Below are positions 51,736-62,185 of a DNA stretch of 64,000 nucleotides, piece after piece. Under the pieces are notes generated by a model. That model searched no databases. It was not told where the DNA came from and saw nothing but the letters and a program-made list of their open reading frames with translations. The position numbers were made by a program, and so were the translations under genes. Source of the DNA: Candidatus Zixiibacteriota bacterium (GTDB taxonomy: Bacteria > Zixibacteria > MSB-5A5 > SM23-73-2). The DNA is taken from the NCBI GenBank assembly GCA_030615745.1, contig JAUWYR010000002.1:15522-79521 (forward strand), read 5' to 3'. Numbering within the stretch: the stretch's first letter is position 1; each line of letters begins with the position of its first letter.

Positions 51736-53451
51736 ATGGAAGAGTTAGAGATCAAAAAAGAAAGGCTCGAAAAGGAACAAGAGATAAACGAAGCAAAAAA
51801 GCTTTTGGATTTTTTTCTAAAAGCTTTGAAAAACATAATGATCTATCCTGAGGATAATCCTATCCCTTTTGAATTCAAAAAAGGTCTTTACAAAAAATTC
51901 AAAGATTTTTTAGAAAAAAATGGTGAATTTAAAATTCAGGTCGATTCAACCAATCTTTTATATCAAAATGAAGTGATCTATCATGATCAATCAAAAGATG
52001 TGCGTATGCATCAAGAGAAAAGCATCGCTTTCTTTATATATAGAGATGGTATAAGGGAGATAAAATTTGAGATGGGTCTTCCTGAGAAGGAGTTGAACTC
52101 TTTTTTAGAAATATTAAAATTAGTAGTAAAAAGGCTTGTGCCAGAGGATGATCTGGTAACTTTATTATGGGGCAAAGACTTTAATTTCATAAAATATGAG
52201 GTAGTGGATGAAATTTTAGCTGAGGAGCTTTCTTATTCCACTCAGGTTTTTTCTCAGCCCGACTTCGAGAAGCTATATCACTCCGAGATAGACCTTCCTG
52301 AAACAGAAGAGGAGAAAAAAGTTAAGGGGGAAAAGGTTAAAATCTTTGTAGAAAATATCAAAGCATTTGCAGAAGGAGAAATAACTGATCTTAACAAGCT
52401 TTTAGCTATGGATCAAAAATATCACCCTTTGGAGGCAACCATCTCTGTTTTTATTGAGATTCTGAATCAGGAAGAGCTTCCAGACTTTTATGAAATGGTG
52501 GGTCTGATCGAAAAAGGATTGGATTTGCTTATAGAGACATACGATTTCGCTTCTACTTATAAGATAATTGAGGCGATCAAGCAGGTGGAGCAGAGGTTTT
52601 CAGGGATTTCGAAAGAGAGGTCCGAGAGATTGAAGATTGCAGTAGAAAGGGCAGGTGATAAAAGAAGGATAGAGATTATTGGCGAGATACTTAACCGGGA
52701 AAAGAAAGTTGACCTTTTTTCTGTTCAGGATTATCTTTGTTCCCTTTATTGGAATTCCATCTCAAATTTAATTAATATTTTGGGGGAGTTAAAGACCTTT
52801 TCAGCACGAAAGATGGTTTGTCGAGTATTGGAGAAATTCGGCAGGGAAAATCTCGAGTTGGTGGGAAAGGGAGTATTTGATTCCCGCTGGTATGTTGTGA
52901 GAAATATTTTATGGGTCTTAGGTGAGATTGAAGATAGGAGAGGGGTCGAATTTGTAAATTTTGCCCTAAAACATGAAGATGTCAGGGTTCGCAGGGAAGC
53001 GATCAGGATTTTGGAAAAAATTGGAGATTCTAACTCTGGCACTGCTTTAATTCCTCTTTTGGATTATGATTTTAATAAAATTCGCATAATGGCAGTTAAG
53101 CTTTTAGCCAAATGGAAGGTCAAAGAGGCTATAAAACCTTTGCTGGAGATAGCTGAAAAGAAGGAGTTTCATAATATAGATATTGAGGAGAAAAAGGAGC
53201 TGCTTTTAGCTTTAGCAATAATTGGCCGAGACGAAATAATACCCTTTTTTAGAAAGCTTTTGAGGAAAAGGGCTTTTTTTAATCGGGAAAAAAAGATCGA
53301 AACTAAAATCCTGGCGATAAAAGCCCTGGGAGCATTAAATTTTTTAAAGGCAAAAAATTTATTGACGGAGATTAAAACCAAAAGGAATAAGACCTTAAAG
53401 GAAGCATCAGCTAAGGCCTTAGCAAAATTAGAGTTGCTACCAAAAATTTAG
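51736..53451 (+). CDS. HEAT-repeat protein
   Basis: DSRWYVVRN and DVRVRREAI repeats. Confidence 0.85.
   Translation: MEELEIKKERLEKEQEINEAKKLLDFFLKALKNIMIYPEDNPIPFEFKKGLYKKFKDFLEKNGEFKIQVDSTNLLYQNEVIYHDQSKDVRMHQEKSIAFFIYRDGIREIKFEMGLPEKELNSFLEILKLVVKRLVPEDDLVTLLWGKDFNFIKYEVVDEILAEELSYSTQVFSQPDFEKLYHSEIDLPETEEEKKVKGEKVKIFVENIKAFAEGEITDLNKLLAMDQKYHPLEATISVFIEILNQEELPDFYEMVGLIEKGLDLLIETYDFASTYKIIEAIKQVEQRFSGISKERSERLKIAVERAGDKRRIEIIGEILNREKKVDLFSVQDYLCSLYWNSISNLINILGELKTFSARKMVCRVLEKFGRENLELVGKGVFDSRWYVVRNILWVLGEIEDRRGVEFVNFALKHEDVRVRREAIRILEKIGDSNSGTALIPLLDYDFNKIRIMAVKLLAKWKVKEAIKPLLEIAEKKEFHNIDIEEKKELLLALAIIGRDEIIPFFRKLLRKRAFFNREKKIETKILAIKALGALNFLKAKNLLTEIKTKRNKTLKEASAKALAKLELLPKI
52001..52018 (+). 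repeat. CAAGAG micro-insertion, in frame in the HEAT gene
   Basis: TGCGTATGCATCAAGAGA; removal turns DVRMHQEKS into DES. Confidence 0.8.
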
Positions 53452-53465
53452 TTAAATCTTTTACC

Positions 53466-54938
53466 ATGGGAAAAGAGACTTCAACAAAATCTTCAGATAA
53501 AAAGTTTTTAGATAGACAAGAAGAAACCCTTCTTCAGAAAGGGAAAGAGCTTGTAAGTCAGCTTCATGCCTCGATAAAAACTGCGCAAATTTATGAGCAA
53601 AATAACGAGATGTTTATAAAGCAAAGCAGAAAACTTTTTGATCTGATATCGGAGCTTATTCAAAAAGAAGGGGAGATATTGTTGGTCTCAAAAGAGGGGT
53701 ATTTGTTTTTAAACGATCTTAGGTTGAAATTCGATTTGGAAAAATATGCGGGAAGTAAATTTATAATGGAGATTTTTGAGAGATTTGATATGGAAAAAAT
53801 TTCAATTGAGGAGGGGGTCACATCGAGTGAACTCGACAGCTTCGTTTATCTTTTTGGTCATCTGAATCCTGAAGAAAAGGACATCTTCGATCTTTTCGAG
53901 GAAAAGATTCACAAGCTTGGTATATCCCATATAAAAGTTGAGAGGATACCTCTTTTCAAAAAGGAGTCTTATAAGAAGTCCTTGCAAGAAAACAAAAGAT
54001 TAGCAAAAAAGACTTTTTTCAACGCAGTAACAGTTGTCAGGGAGGCTATGTCGAGTTTGGAATCTCGCAAGACAGTCAACATCGTCAGGGTTAAAAGGAT
54101 GGTTCAATCTTTGGTCGATTTGATAATGGAGGATGAGGGAACTTTTTTGGAGTTAACTGCTCTTAAAAATTTCGATGAATATACTTATATACATTCAGCA
54201 GATGTATGTGTTTTATCCATTATGTGTGGTGTGAGATTAGGACTTGAGAAAAATAAATTATGTGAGCTTGGTTTTGCCGCTTTATTTCATGATCTGGGGA
54301 AGGTCAGACTCCCCTATGAATTGATTAATAAGCCTGCTGAATACGATGACTCCGAATGGGTCCAGATAAGGCGTCATCCTGAGTTGGGGGTCAAGACAAT
54401 TTTATCCTTTCGGAGACTCGATGACTACTCGATGAGAGCAATATTGGTTGCTTTTGAGCATCACCTAAATCTGGATTTGTCCGGATATCCAAAGGTTTCA
54501 AAAAAAAGGGATTTGAATCTTTTCTCAAGAATAGTGAGCATCGCCGATGCTTATGATGCTATGACCTCAGGAAGGGTATATATTAAAACATCATACTCCC
54601 CGGATGAGACTTTGAAAAGAATGTTTTATCGCTCTGGTATCTTTTATGATCCGGTATTGCTTAAGGTTTTCATAAACGTTGTAGGGGTATATCCGGTGGG
54701 CACTCTGGTTGTTTTAGATACCGGGGAGATAGGGGTAGTATGTGGTATTAACTCGGAGGATTTAGCCCGTCCCAGAGTTAAAATAATTGCGGACAGATAC
54801 GGTGAAAAAAAGGAATATAAGGTGGTGGACTTAAGGAAATTCGATGAGACAAGAAACGAATACCACTTTTCAATTGTGCAAACTTTAGACCCGCAAAGAT
54901 ACAAAATCGACATCTCACAATATCTTGCAGTCGAGTGA
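53466..54938 (+). CDS. HD-GYP domain phosphodiesterase
   Basis: HDLGK, EHH..SGYP and IADAYDAMTS motifs. Confidence 0.9.
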   Translation: MGKETSTKSSDKKFLDRQEETLLQKGKELVSQLHASIKTAQIYEQNNEMFIKQSRKLFDLISELIQKEGEILLVSKEGYLFLNDLRLKFDLEKYAGSKFIMEIFERFDMEKISIEEGVTSSELDSFVYLFGHLNPEEKDIFDLFEEKIHKLGISHIKVERIPLFKKESYKKSLQENKRLAKKTFFNAVTVVREAMSSLESRKTVNIVRVKRMVQSLVDLIMEDEGTFLELTALKNFDEYTYIHSADVCVLSIMCGVRLGLEKNKLCELGFAALFHDLGKVRLPYELINKPAEYDDSEWVQIRRHPELGVKTILSFRRLDDYSMRAILVAFEHHLNLDLSGYPKVSKKRDLNLFSRIVSIADAYDAMTSGRVYIKTSYSPDETLKRMFYRSGIFYDPVLLKVFINVVGVYPVGTLVVLDTGEIGVVCGINSEDLARPRVKIIADRYGEKKEYKVVDLRKFDETRNEYHFSIVQTLDPQRYKIDISQYLAVE

Positions 54939-55047
54939 TAATATTACCAGAGTCTCATTTTGATTTTTGGTCAGTTTCTGTGCAAAAAAAAGGAATTCCC
55001 AACAGAAAAAGCAGATTACGAAAATGTGAGGGATGCAATAAAAATTT

Positions 55048-55614
55048 TTAGAAATTATAATTTATTAAAAGATTAATTCTTTTATCGTAAGGTTGTAAAG
55101 CTAACCCCACCTCCAAATCCTTCATCTTTATCTTATCGAAATTGTAAAGGTGAGCGTCCACATAAGCATCAAACATGCTTATAAAAATTATTCCTGATAC
55201 GACCCATAAATATAGGTTTCTTGTGTCACGATGATACTGATAGAGGTCAAACTGGTAGAGGGAATCTACAAAGTTTTTGGCGTTTTTAAAATTTTTTTCG
55301 GATTTGTCAGTTTTTATCCATTCGTCCAAGGCTAAGATGATATAGCTTGTCTCAAATCCGAAGGCTACTATCGCTTTTAGATATTTTTCGTTATAAAACT
55401 GCCCCCATCCAGGAAAAGTAACTGACCTTAATAATGCTCCCATTGGTGATTTATGCTTTAAAGTGCTATCACAGGACGCAAAAAAGATTTTTTTTTCATT
55501 TTTGGCAAAGACCTTTTGAAAAGAAAAGAGGCTTAAAATTATAAGTGTGTTCAGAAAAAAAATTATCATTTTTTTCATTTCTTCAAAAGATAGATTCTTA
55601 TCCCAAAAAAACAA
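55048..55614 (-). CDS. DUF5683-like membrane protein
   Basis: KSP..FPGWGQFYN and DAYVDAHL motifs. Confidence 0.8.
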   Translation of the reverse strand: MFFWDKNLSFEEMKKMIIFFLNTLIILSLFSFQKVFAKNEKKIFFASCDSTLKHKSPMGALLRSVTFPGWGQFYNEKYLKAIVAFGFETSYIILALDEWIKTDKSEKNFKNAKNFVDSLYQFDLYQYHRDTRNLYLWVVSGIIFISMFDAYVDAHLYNFDKIKMKDLEVGLALQPYDKRINLLINYNF

Positions 55615-55736
55615 GCGATTTTTATCCGGTTCATTTCGTCATAAATGGAAAACCCTTCACTCTAAGAATATAACTGAAAGCAACGTATCTGGTAAAAATT
55701 ATAAAATGATAATGCGGGCTTCCAGCCCTCAAAAGA

Positions 55737-55816
55737 GAGATTGCTTCGTCCCGATTTCATCGGAACTCGCAATGACGTCTTCCTTTGTCATTGCGAGCCG
55801 AAGGCGTGGCAATCTC
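55737..55816. repeat. RPE-like palindromic element
   Basis: GAGATTGCTTCG..CTCGCAATGAC..GTCATTGCGAGCCGAAGGCGTGGCAATCTC. Confidence 0.8.
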
Positions 55817-55896
55817 TGACGGAAATAAGAGTTTTTCAGACCAATCTAAAAAAACTTGACTTCACTTTGACCAATTCGTATATATTATTTGGAGTT

Positions 55897-56652
55897 ATGA
55901 AGTTAGAGATTTCTGAGAAACTGCAATCGAGGCTGGTTCCTGAGACAAAAGTTGTGGTTTTAACAGGAGCAGGAATTTCAGCTGAGAGTGGAGTCCCCAC
56001 TTTCAGGGGTAAAGAGGGCTTGTGGAAGAAGTTCCGGCCAGAGGAGCTGGCTACATTTGAGGCTTTTATGGCTAATCCCAAACTTGTGTGGGAATGGTAT
56101 CAATACAGAAGAAAACTCTTGGAGCAGGTTAAGCCCAATTTGGGGCATAAAGCTTTAGTCGATTTTCAAAAGTTTTTTAAAGGTTTCACATTGATAACTC
56201 AGAACGTTGATGGTCTTCACCAAAAAGCTGGCTCTTTTGATATAGTCGAACTTCATGGTAATATAAAAAGGAACAGATGCATAAGTTGCGGAAAGATATT
56301 TGAAAGCTTAAAGAATTTAAAAGAGAAAAACCCTCCTTTATGTGATTGCGGAGGTAGAATTCGTCCGGATGTAGTGTGGTTCGGAGAGATGCTTCCTCAG
56401 GATGCTTTACAAAAGGCTTTTTTTGTATCATCAAACTGCGAGTTGTTCTTCTCAATTGGGACCTCTGCTGTGGTTCATCCTGCTGCTTCCCTTCCAATTA
56501 TGGCTAAAAGAGGTGGCGCATATCTTATTGAGGTTAATATCGAGCCTACTGAGCTTTCCTTTATCACAGATGAGAAGTTATTGGGTAAAGCAGGAGAAAT
56601 CCTGCCTGAGATTGTGAAGCTCTTCAGAAAAAATTCGCAAAAAGATATGTAG
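55897..56652 (+). CDS. cobB: NAD-dependent deacylase (sirtuin); start reassigned to ATG 55897
   Basis: TGAGISAESG, TQNVDGLH, ELHG and RPDVVWFGE motifs. Confidence 0.93.
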   Translation: MKLEISEKLQSRLVPETKVVVLTGAGISAESGVPTFRGKEGLWKKFRPEELATFEAFMANPKLVWEWYQYRRKLLEQVKPNLGHKALVDFQKFFKGFTLITQNVDGLHQKAGSFDIVELHGNIKRNRCISCGKIFESLKNLKEKNPPLCDCGGRIRPDVVWFGEMLPQDALQKAFFVSSNCELFFSIGTSAVVHPAASLPIMAKRGGAYLIEVNIEPTELSFITDEKLLGKAGEILPEIVKLFRKNSQKDM

Positions 56653-56672
56653 GTCGAATTTCTGAATTCGAC
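56649..56672 (+). repeat. GTAG-type REP overlapping the cobB stop
   Basis: GTAGGTCGAATT-TCTG-AATTCGAC. Confidence 0.7.
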
Positions 56673-56680
56673 TAAAAGTT

Positions 56681-57565
56681 ATGAAGGCAAAAGATGTAAA
56701 AGAAAAAATAGATGAAGCTTACCAGATTTTAAGATCGTGTAATCTTTGTGGTAACCTCTGTGGTGTTAATAGATTGAATGGTCAAAAAGGAAGATGTAAA
56801 GCTGCAGGTGAGCTTATGGTCTCAAGCCAAAACATCCACTTCGGGGAGGAACCACCTATTTCAGGAAAAAGGGGCTCTGGTAATATATTTTTCACCTGGT
56901 GCAGTCTGAGATGTCTTTATTGTCAGAATTATCCCATAAGCCAGCTCGGAGTGGGAAGGGTTGTAACTTCACAAGAGTTGGCAGAGATGATGATCTATCT
57001 TGAGAAAAAAGGATGCCATAATGTGAATTTAGTGACTCCCACACATTTTATCCCCCAGATAATAGAGGGTGTATCAAAAGCAAAGGATATGGGTTTTCAT
57101 CTGCCTTTGGTCTATAACACCTCAGGGTATGAGACCAAATCCGCCCTAAAACTCTTAGAGGGGATAATCGATATATATCTTGTGGATATGAGATACTCAG
57201 ATAATGGGATAGCAAATACTCTATCCCAGGCAAAAAATTATACCAGGGTCAACCGGGATGCGGTCAAAACAATGTATTCACAGGTCGGGAACTTAAAAAT
57301 AAAAGATGGTCTGGCTACCCAGGGAGTGATAATAAGGCATCTTGTGCTTCCTAATAAGCTTGCCGGTTCCAAAAAGACTTTTGAGTTCATCCAGAAAAAG
57401 GTCTCAGAAAAAGCCTGGGTAAGCCTGATGATGCAGTATTTTCCTGCTTATAAGGCACTAAATTTCAGACTTTTAAAAAGAAAAACCACAAAAAAGGAAT
57501 ATCAAAAAGTTTTTGAGGAGTTCTTTGAAGTTGGTCTTTCCAATGGGTGGATTCAGCTTAATTGA
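56681..57565 (+). CDS. Radical SAM protein, PflX-like
   Basis: HFGEEPPISG, CSLRCLYCQN and IIRHLVLP motifs. Confidence 0.88.
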   Translation: MKAKDVKEKIDEAYQILRSCNLCGNLCGVNRLNGQKGRCKAAGELMVSSQNIHFGEEPPISGKRGSGNIFFTWCSLRCLYCQNYPISQLGVGRVVTSQELAEMMIYLEKKGCHNVNLVTPTHFIPQIIEGVSKAKDMGFHLPLVYNTSGYETKSALKLLEGIIDIYLVDMRYSDNGIANTLSQAKNYTRVNRDAVKTMYSQVGNLKIKDGLATQGVIIRHLVLPNKLAGSKKTFEFIQKKVSEKAWVSLMMQYFPAYKALNFRLLKRKTTKKEYQKVFEEFFEVGLSNGWIQLN

Positions 57566-57566
57566 G

Positions 57567-59561
57567 GTGAGTAAAGTGCGTAAAATTTCTCTAACCTTAA
57601 TTTTCTTTTTTCTTTTTACCTGCGCCTATTACAATACCTTCTACCATGCAGAAAAGCATTTTAAAAATGCTCGAAAAATTGACCGGAGCTCCGAATCGGA
57701 CGCACCTAATCCTAGGGCATTCGGAGAGTATGACAATGCGATAAAGAAAGCCTCCAAGATTTTGACCTTTCATTCTAAAAGCAAATGGGTGGATGACGCC
57801 TTGTTTATGATCGGACAATGCTTTTATTATAAAGGTGAATACCTTAAAGCAGAAAGAAAATTCAAAGAGCTTATAGTTGGATTTCCCAAAAGTGATTTGG
57901 TAGAGGATAGCCACTATTTTTTAGGACTATGTTATCAAAAATTGGAGGATCCACTCAAAGCGAAAAAACAGTTCAGCCAGATCTTGGCTGATCCCCAGAA
58001 AAAAAAGCATAAAATGGATGCTTTGTTTATGCTGGGAGAGGTCTTTTTTCAAGATGGTGAATATGATAGTGCGATTGTTCAATATCAAAGGCTTTTAAAA
58101 GAGGGTGCTGAGAAAAACATTTCGGTTAAAGCCCAGTTCAGAATAGGTGAATGTTGTTTTTTAAACCACGAATATGAAAAGGCAAAAGATGCTTTTTCTG
58201 AAATTGAAAAACTTGATCCAGACCAGGAGAGCTTATTTAAATCCAAATTCAAGATAGGGGAATGTTTTTATCTTTTAAAAAATTATCAGAAAGGCTTGGA
58301 TGAATTCCTAAATCTTTCTAAAAAGGAGGAATACTATAAATATCTTGCGGATGTAAAATTAAAGATTGCCCAGGGTTATCTTTTTTTGGACAAAATCGAG
58401 GAAGCTACAGATGAATATAAAAAAATAACAGTTGAGTATCCAAAAACAGATTGGTCAGCTGAGGCTTTTTTTCAACTTGGGCTTATCTACCAAGAAAAAA
58501 TTTACGACCTTTCCAAAGCTAAGGAGATGTTCGATCTTTGTAGCAAAGAAAAACAGGGGACCACTTTAGCTAAAAGGGCTTTGGAAAAATCTGCTGACAT
58601 CGCCAAGTTGGAGGAGTATCAGGCTGAGCTTTCAAAGGAGGAAACTGAGAGGTCTGTTAAGACTTTATTTCTTTTAGCTGAGGTTTATTTAACTCAGATG
58701 AACCAGCCCGATTCAGCCTTAGCTGAGTATCTTCTTTTGGCTGAAAAATATCCAGAATCAGAGTACGCCCCTAAATCACTTTATGCAGCTGGCTGGATTT
58801 TTTTGCATTTGAAAAATGATACAACAGAGGCTCAAAAACTTCACAGAAGAATTTTAAAAGAATATCCGAAATCCGATTATGCCAAGTTAGCTTCACAATT
58901 ATCGGAGTCTTTTCCTGATACCTTAGAATATCCAGAAGATATCTATTTAGAAGCTGAGCGCCTTCTTTTTGAAGAAGGGAAAATTGACTCTGCTTTAAGT
59001 TTGCTTAAAAAGATTACCGAAAAATATCCTGAAAGCGCCTATGCAGCTAAATCCCGGTATACTTTAGCCTGGGTAATTGAGAATTTTAAGAATACTGGTG
59101 ATAGCAGTGCTATTTTCGCCTATCAGGAGGTAATAGAGAAAAATCCAGACTCGGAATATGCTGAGTTTGCCAAAATCAGGCTGGGCTTAAAAAAACAAAA
59201 AAAAGAACCCGAAGCACCACCGGCTACTCAACCCGATACTACAGATACAACAGAAGCGGAAGCTCCCTCAGCTTTTGAGGCAGGGATACCCTTTGCTCCC
59301 ACTCCGATAAAAAAGGAGCCTTTCGTCTATCCTGAGGAGATGGTAGATTTAAACATACGGACGAAAGTGAGGTTCAAAATCAAAATTGAGATGGATGGGA
59401 AGGTAAGCGATACTCAAATTTTGAATCCCTCAGGTTATTATGATATAGACGATGCTGCAACACAGGCTGCTCTTTCTACCATGTTCAGCCCGGATAGCAT
59501 AGAGGTTATCCTTTTACCGGGATGGTTTTTGTATGATGTGGAGGTGAAACCTCCAGAATAA
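57567..59561 (+). CDS. TPR-rich exported protein with a C-terminal TonB_C-like domain
   Basis: Many TPRs; Pro/Thr linker; YPE..V....I..DGKV......SG...ID.AA pattern; start approximate. Confidence 0.8.
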   Translation: MSKVRKISLTLIFFFLFTCAYYNTFYHAEKHFKNARKIDRSSESDAPNPRAFGEYDNAIKKASKILTFHSKSKWVDDALFMIGQCFYYKGEYLKAERKFKELIVGFPKSDLVEDSHYFLGLCYQKLEDPLKAKKQFSQILADPQKKKHKMDALFMLGEVFFQDGEYDSAIVQYQRLLKEGAEKNISVKAQFRIGECCFLNHEYEKAKDAFSEIEKLDPDQESLFKSKFKIGECFYLLKNYQKGLDEFLNLSKKEEYYKYLADVKLKIAQGYLFLDKIEEATDEYKKITVEYPKTDWSAEAFFQLGLIYQEKIYDLSKAKEMFDLCSKEKQGTTLAKRALEKSADIAKLEEYQAELSKEETERSVKTLFLLAEVYLTQMNQPDSALAEYLLLAEKYPESEYAPKSLYAAGWIFLHLKNDTTEAQKLHRRILKEYPKSDYAKLASQLSESFPDTLEYPEDIYLEAERLLFEEGKIDSALSLLKKITEKYPESAYAAKSRYTLAWVIENFKNTGDSSAIFAYQEVIEKNPDSEYAEFAKIRLGLKKQKKEPEAPPATQPDTTDTTEAEAPSAFEAGIPFAPTPIKKEPFVYPEEMVDLNIRTKVRFKIKIEMDGKVSDTQILNPSGYYDIDDAATQAALSTMFSPDSIEVILLPGWFLYDVEVKPPE

Positions 59562-59620
59562 AAAGATCACCTTTTGAACCAGACTGATTAAGATATTTTT
59601 GCGTATCCATTCATACGAAA

Positions 59621-60448
59621 ATGGTTTTTCAAAAAAAAGTTAAGTTAATCTCATCTGAAAAGCTCACCAGTGATCTCTTCAGATTGAGGTTTTTTTGTCC
59701 AGAGGTCGCAAAGGGTGCAAAGCCTGGAAATTTCGCTCATATCCGGATAAGCCAGAATACTACTCCCCTTTTGAGGAGGGCTTTCAGTATTTTTGATGTC
59801 GATTTGAAAAAGAAGACATTCGATATTCTTTTCAAAGTTGTAGGGTTGGGAACAAAGATTTTGTCTGAGAAAAAAAAGGGGGAGAGTTTAGATGTTTTAG
59901 GACCTTTAGGAAACAGTTTTCTTATTTCATCAAAAGAGCAAAATTTAGTTCTGGTAGCTGGTGGAATGGGAATCGCACCTCTTATGTTTTTAGCTTCTTA
60001 TCTGGTTAAAAGTGAAAAAATCAAGCGGGAAAAAATTAGCTTTTTATATGGGGAAAAGACAAAAAACAACTTTGTTTGTTTGGGTCAGCTTAAAAAGTTA
60101 GGGGTAAAAACGGTTCTCACAACAGAGGATGGCACAAAAGGTTTTAAAGGTAAAGTGACAGATCTTTTTTTAAAGCGAAGAATTAAACTTGGAATTGGGA
60201 AAAATTGTTTTATCTATTCTTGCGGTCCACAAAAGATGATGAAAAAGATGTCTGAGCTCTCAAAAAAATATGATCTTTTCTGTCAGCTTTCTTTGGAAAC
60301 TCATATGCCCTGCGGTTTAGGAGCTTGCTTCGGATGTGTGGTTAAATATATAAAAAATGATACCACTCCCCTGGCCGGGCAGGCAACTTATAAAAGAATC
60401 TGTGTGGATGGACCGATATTTGATGCAAGAGAGGTTGAGCTTGATTGA
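59621..60448 (+). CDS. pyrK: Dihydroorotate dehydrogenase electron transfer subunit
   Basis: RRAFS, GGMGIAP and CGLGACFGC..CVDGP motifs. Confidence 0.93.
   Translation: MVFQKKVKLISSEKLTSDLFRLRFFCPEVAKGAKPGNFAHIRISQNTTPLLRRAFSIFDVDLKKKTFDILFKVVGLGTKILSEKKKGESLDVLGPLGNSFLISSKEQNLVLVAGGMGIAPLMFLASYLVKSEKIKREKISFLYGEKTKNNFVCLGQLKKLGVKTVLTTEDGTKGFKGKVTDLFLKRRIKLGIGKNCFIYSCGPQKMMKKMSELSKKYDLFCQLSLETHMPCGLGACFGCVVKYIKNDTTPLAGQATYKRICVDGPIFDAREVELD
60370..60384 (+). repeat. 15-nt CCTGGCCGGGCAGGC element, in frame in pyrK
   Basis: Removal turns TTPLAGQATYKR into TTPTYKR. Confidence 0.8.
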
Positions 60449-61358
60449 CCTAAAGGTAAAAATTGGGAAAATAATATTTAAAAATTCGGTCCTTGTTGCC
60501 TCCGGCACTTTTGGATATGGTGAGGAGTATTCAGAGCTTTTCGATTTAAACAGATTAGGTGGGATAATCACCAAATCTGTTACCTTAAATCCCAGAGAGG
60601 GAAACCCACCCCCGAGAACCTGTGAGACCCCATCAGGAATGCTCAACTCCATCGGTCTGGCTAACATCGGGATTGAAAAGTTCATCCAAGAAAAACTTCC
60701 CTTTTTGAGGAAATTTAATACCAGAATTATAGTTAACGTTGCCGGAAGCACCGTGGATGAATATCTTCAGGTGGTGGAGAAGTTAAATAGGGCAAAAGGG
60801 GTCGATATGCTGGAGATAAATATCTCCTGTCCCAATGTAGTTGAGGGTGGTATGGTTTTTGGCTCGGACCCTGAGTGTGCTTTCAGATGTGTAAAGTCTA
60901 TAAGGAAAGCAACAGATTATCCCTTGGTGACTAAATTGACTCCTAATGTTAGGGATATAGGTGAGATAGCCTTAGCAGTTGAGGATGCAGGCTCAGATTG
61001 TGTTTCACTTATAAACACTTTAGTTGGGATGGCAATCGATTCTAAGACAAAAAAACCTCTTTTAGCAAATATTACAGGTGGTCTTTCTGGTCCTGCTATA
61101 AAACCAGTGGCTTTGGCTATGGTCTGGAAAGTTGCCCAAAAGGTTAAAATTCCAGTTGTGGGAATAGGTGGCATTACAAACACTGAGGATGCTTTGGAAT
61201 TTTTACTGGCTGGAGCATCCTTGATTCAAGTGGGGACTTCTAATTTTATAGACCCACAAACCGCTATTAAAATTATTGAGGGGTTGAAAAATTATTGTAA
61301 GGGAAATAAAATCTCAAAAATAAAAAGTCTTATAGGAAAATTGAAGATCGGAGATTGA
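60441..61358 (+). CDS. pyrD: Dihydroorotate dehydrogenase family 1B (start reassigned to TTG 60441)
   Basis: ASGTFGYG, NISCPN and GGLSG motifs. Confidence 0.95.
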   Translation: MIDLKVKIGKIIFKNSVLVASGTFGYGEEYSELFDLNRLGGIITKSVTLNPREGNPPPRTCETPSGMLNSIGLANIGIEKFIQEKLPFLRKFNTRIIVNVAGSTVDEYLQVVEKLNRAKGVDMLEINISCPNVVEGGMVFGSDPECAFRCVKSIRKATDYPLVTKLTPNVRDIGEIALAVEDAGSDCVSLINTLVGMAIDSKTKKPLLANITGGLSGPAIKPVALAMVWKVAQKVKIPVVGIGGITNTEDALEFLLAGASLIQVGTSNFIDPQTAIKIIEGLKNYCKGNKISKIKSLIGKLKIGD

Positions 61359-61363
61359 GAAAT

Positions 61364-62176
61364 ATGAAATTTATTGAAAAATTAAAAAAAATCTCTCAGA
61401 AAAACAACTCACTTCTCTGTGTTGGTTTGGATACCGATATAAAAAAGATTCCTCTTTTTTTACATAAAGAGGATGACCCTGTTTTCTCTTTTAATAAAAA
61501 AATAATCGATTCCACATCTGATTTAGTCTGCGCATATAAGCCCAACATCGCATTTTATGAGGCTTTAGAAGAAAAAGGATGGGAGAGTTTAAAAAAAACA
61601 ACAGATTATATTCCAACTGATATACCTGTGATCTTGGATGCTAAAAGAGGAGATATCGGCAATACCGCCAAAATGTATGCAATCGCATTTTTTGAAAAGT
61701 TGAAAGTGGATGCTGTTACATTAAATCCTTATTTGGGTGAGGATGCTATAAATCCTTTTCTGGAATACGATGATAAATTGTCATTTATCCTCTGTCTAAC
61801 CTCTAACAAATCCGCAGACGATTTCCAGTTGAGAAAAATCGATGGAAAGCCTTTATACCAATTGGTGGCTGAAAAAGTCTTAGAGTGGAACAAAAAACAA
61901 AACTGTGGGTTGGTTGTGGGCGCAACATATCCTGAGCAGCTAAAGAAAATAAGGGAGATTGTTCCGAATTTACCAATCCTCATCCCTGGCGTAGGAGCAC
62001 AAGAAGGAGATTTAGAGTCAACAGTTAAATTTGGAACAGATAAAGATGGAAATTTAGCTATTATAAATTCATCCAGAGGGATAATCTACGCATCAGTGAA
62101 TGAAGATTTCGCAGATGCGGCAAGGGAAAAGGCAAAAAAGCTAAAAGATACGATAAATCTTTTCCGCAAAAAGTAG
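61364..62176 (+). CDS. pyrF: Orotidine-5'-phosphate decarboxylase
   Basis: LCVGLD, DAKRGDIGNT and PGVGAQ motifs. Confidence 0.95.
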   Translation: MKFIEKLKKISQKNNSLLCVGLDTDIKKIPLFLHKEDDPVFSFNKKIIDSTSDLVCAYKPNIAFYEALEEKGWESLKKTTDYIPTDIPVILDAKRGDIGNTAKMYAIAFFEKLKVDAVTLNPYLGEDAINPFLEYDDKLSFILCLTSNKSADDFQLRKIDGKPLYQLVAEKVLEWNKKQNCGLVVGATYPEQLKKIREIVPNLPILIPGVGAQEGDLESTVKFGTDKDGNLAIINSSRGIIYASVNEDFADAAREKAKKLKDTINLFRKK

Positions 62177-62185
62177 GGGATTCTT

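Noticed and set aside
51996-52020. CAAGAG elements as adapter or shRNA-loop contamination (resembles Nextera AGATGTGTATAAGAGACAG or TTCAAGAGA)
   Set aside because: No exact match. Covarying variants, nesting and strict triplet lengths argue for biology, though read mapping is still advisable.
55741-55896. N-terminal extension of the sirtuin
   Set aside because: It is a translation of the RPE-like element and promoter; the RBS supports ATG 55897.
60357-60440. Long pyrD N-terminus overlapping pyrK
   Set aside because: PyrD-like sequence starts near TTG 60441; the extension reads through the 15-nt element.
61347-61363. ATCGGAGATTGAGAAAT as a further CAAGAG copy at the pyrD/pyrF junction
   Set aside because: 3 mismatches in 17 nt; cannot be distinguished from chance.
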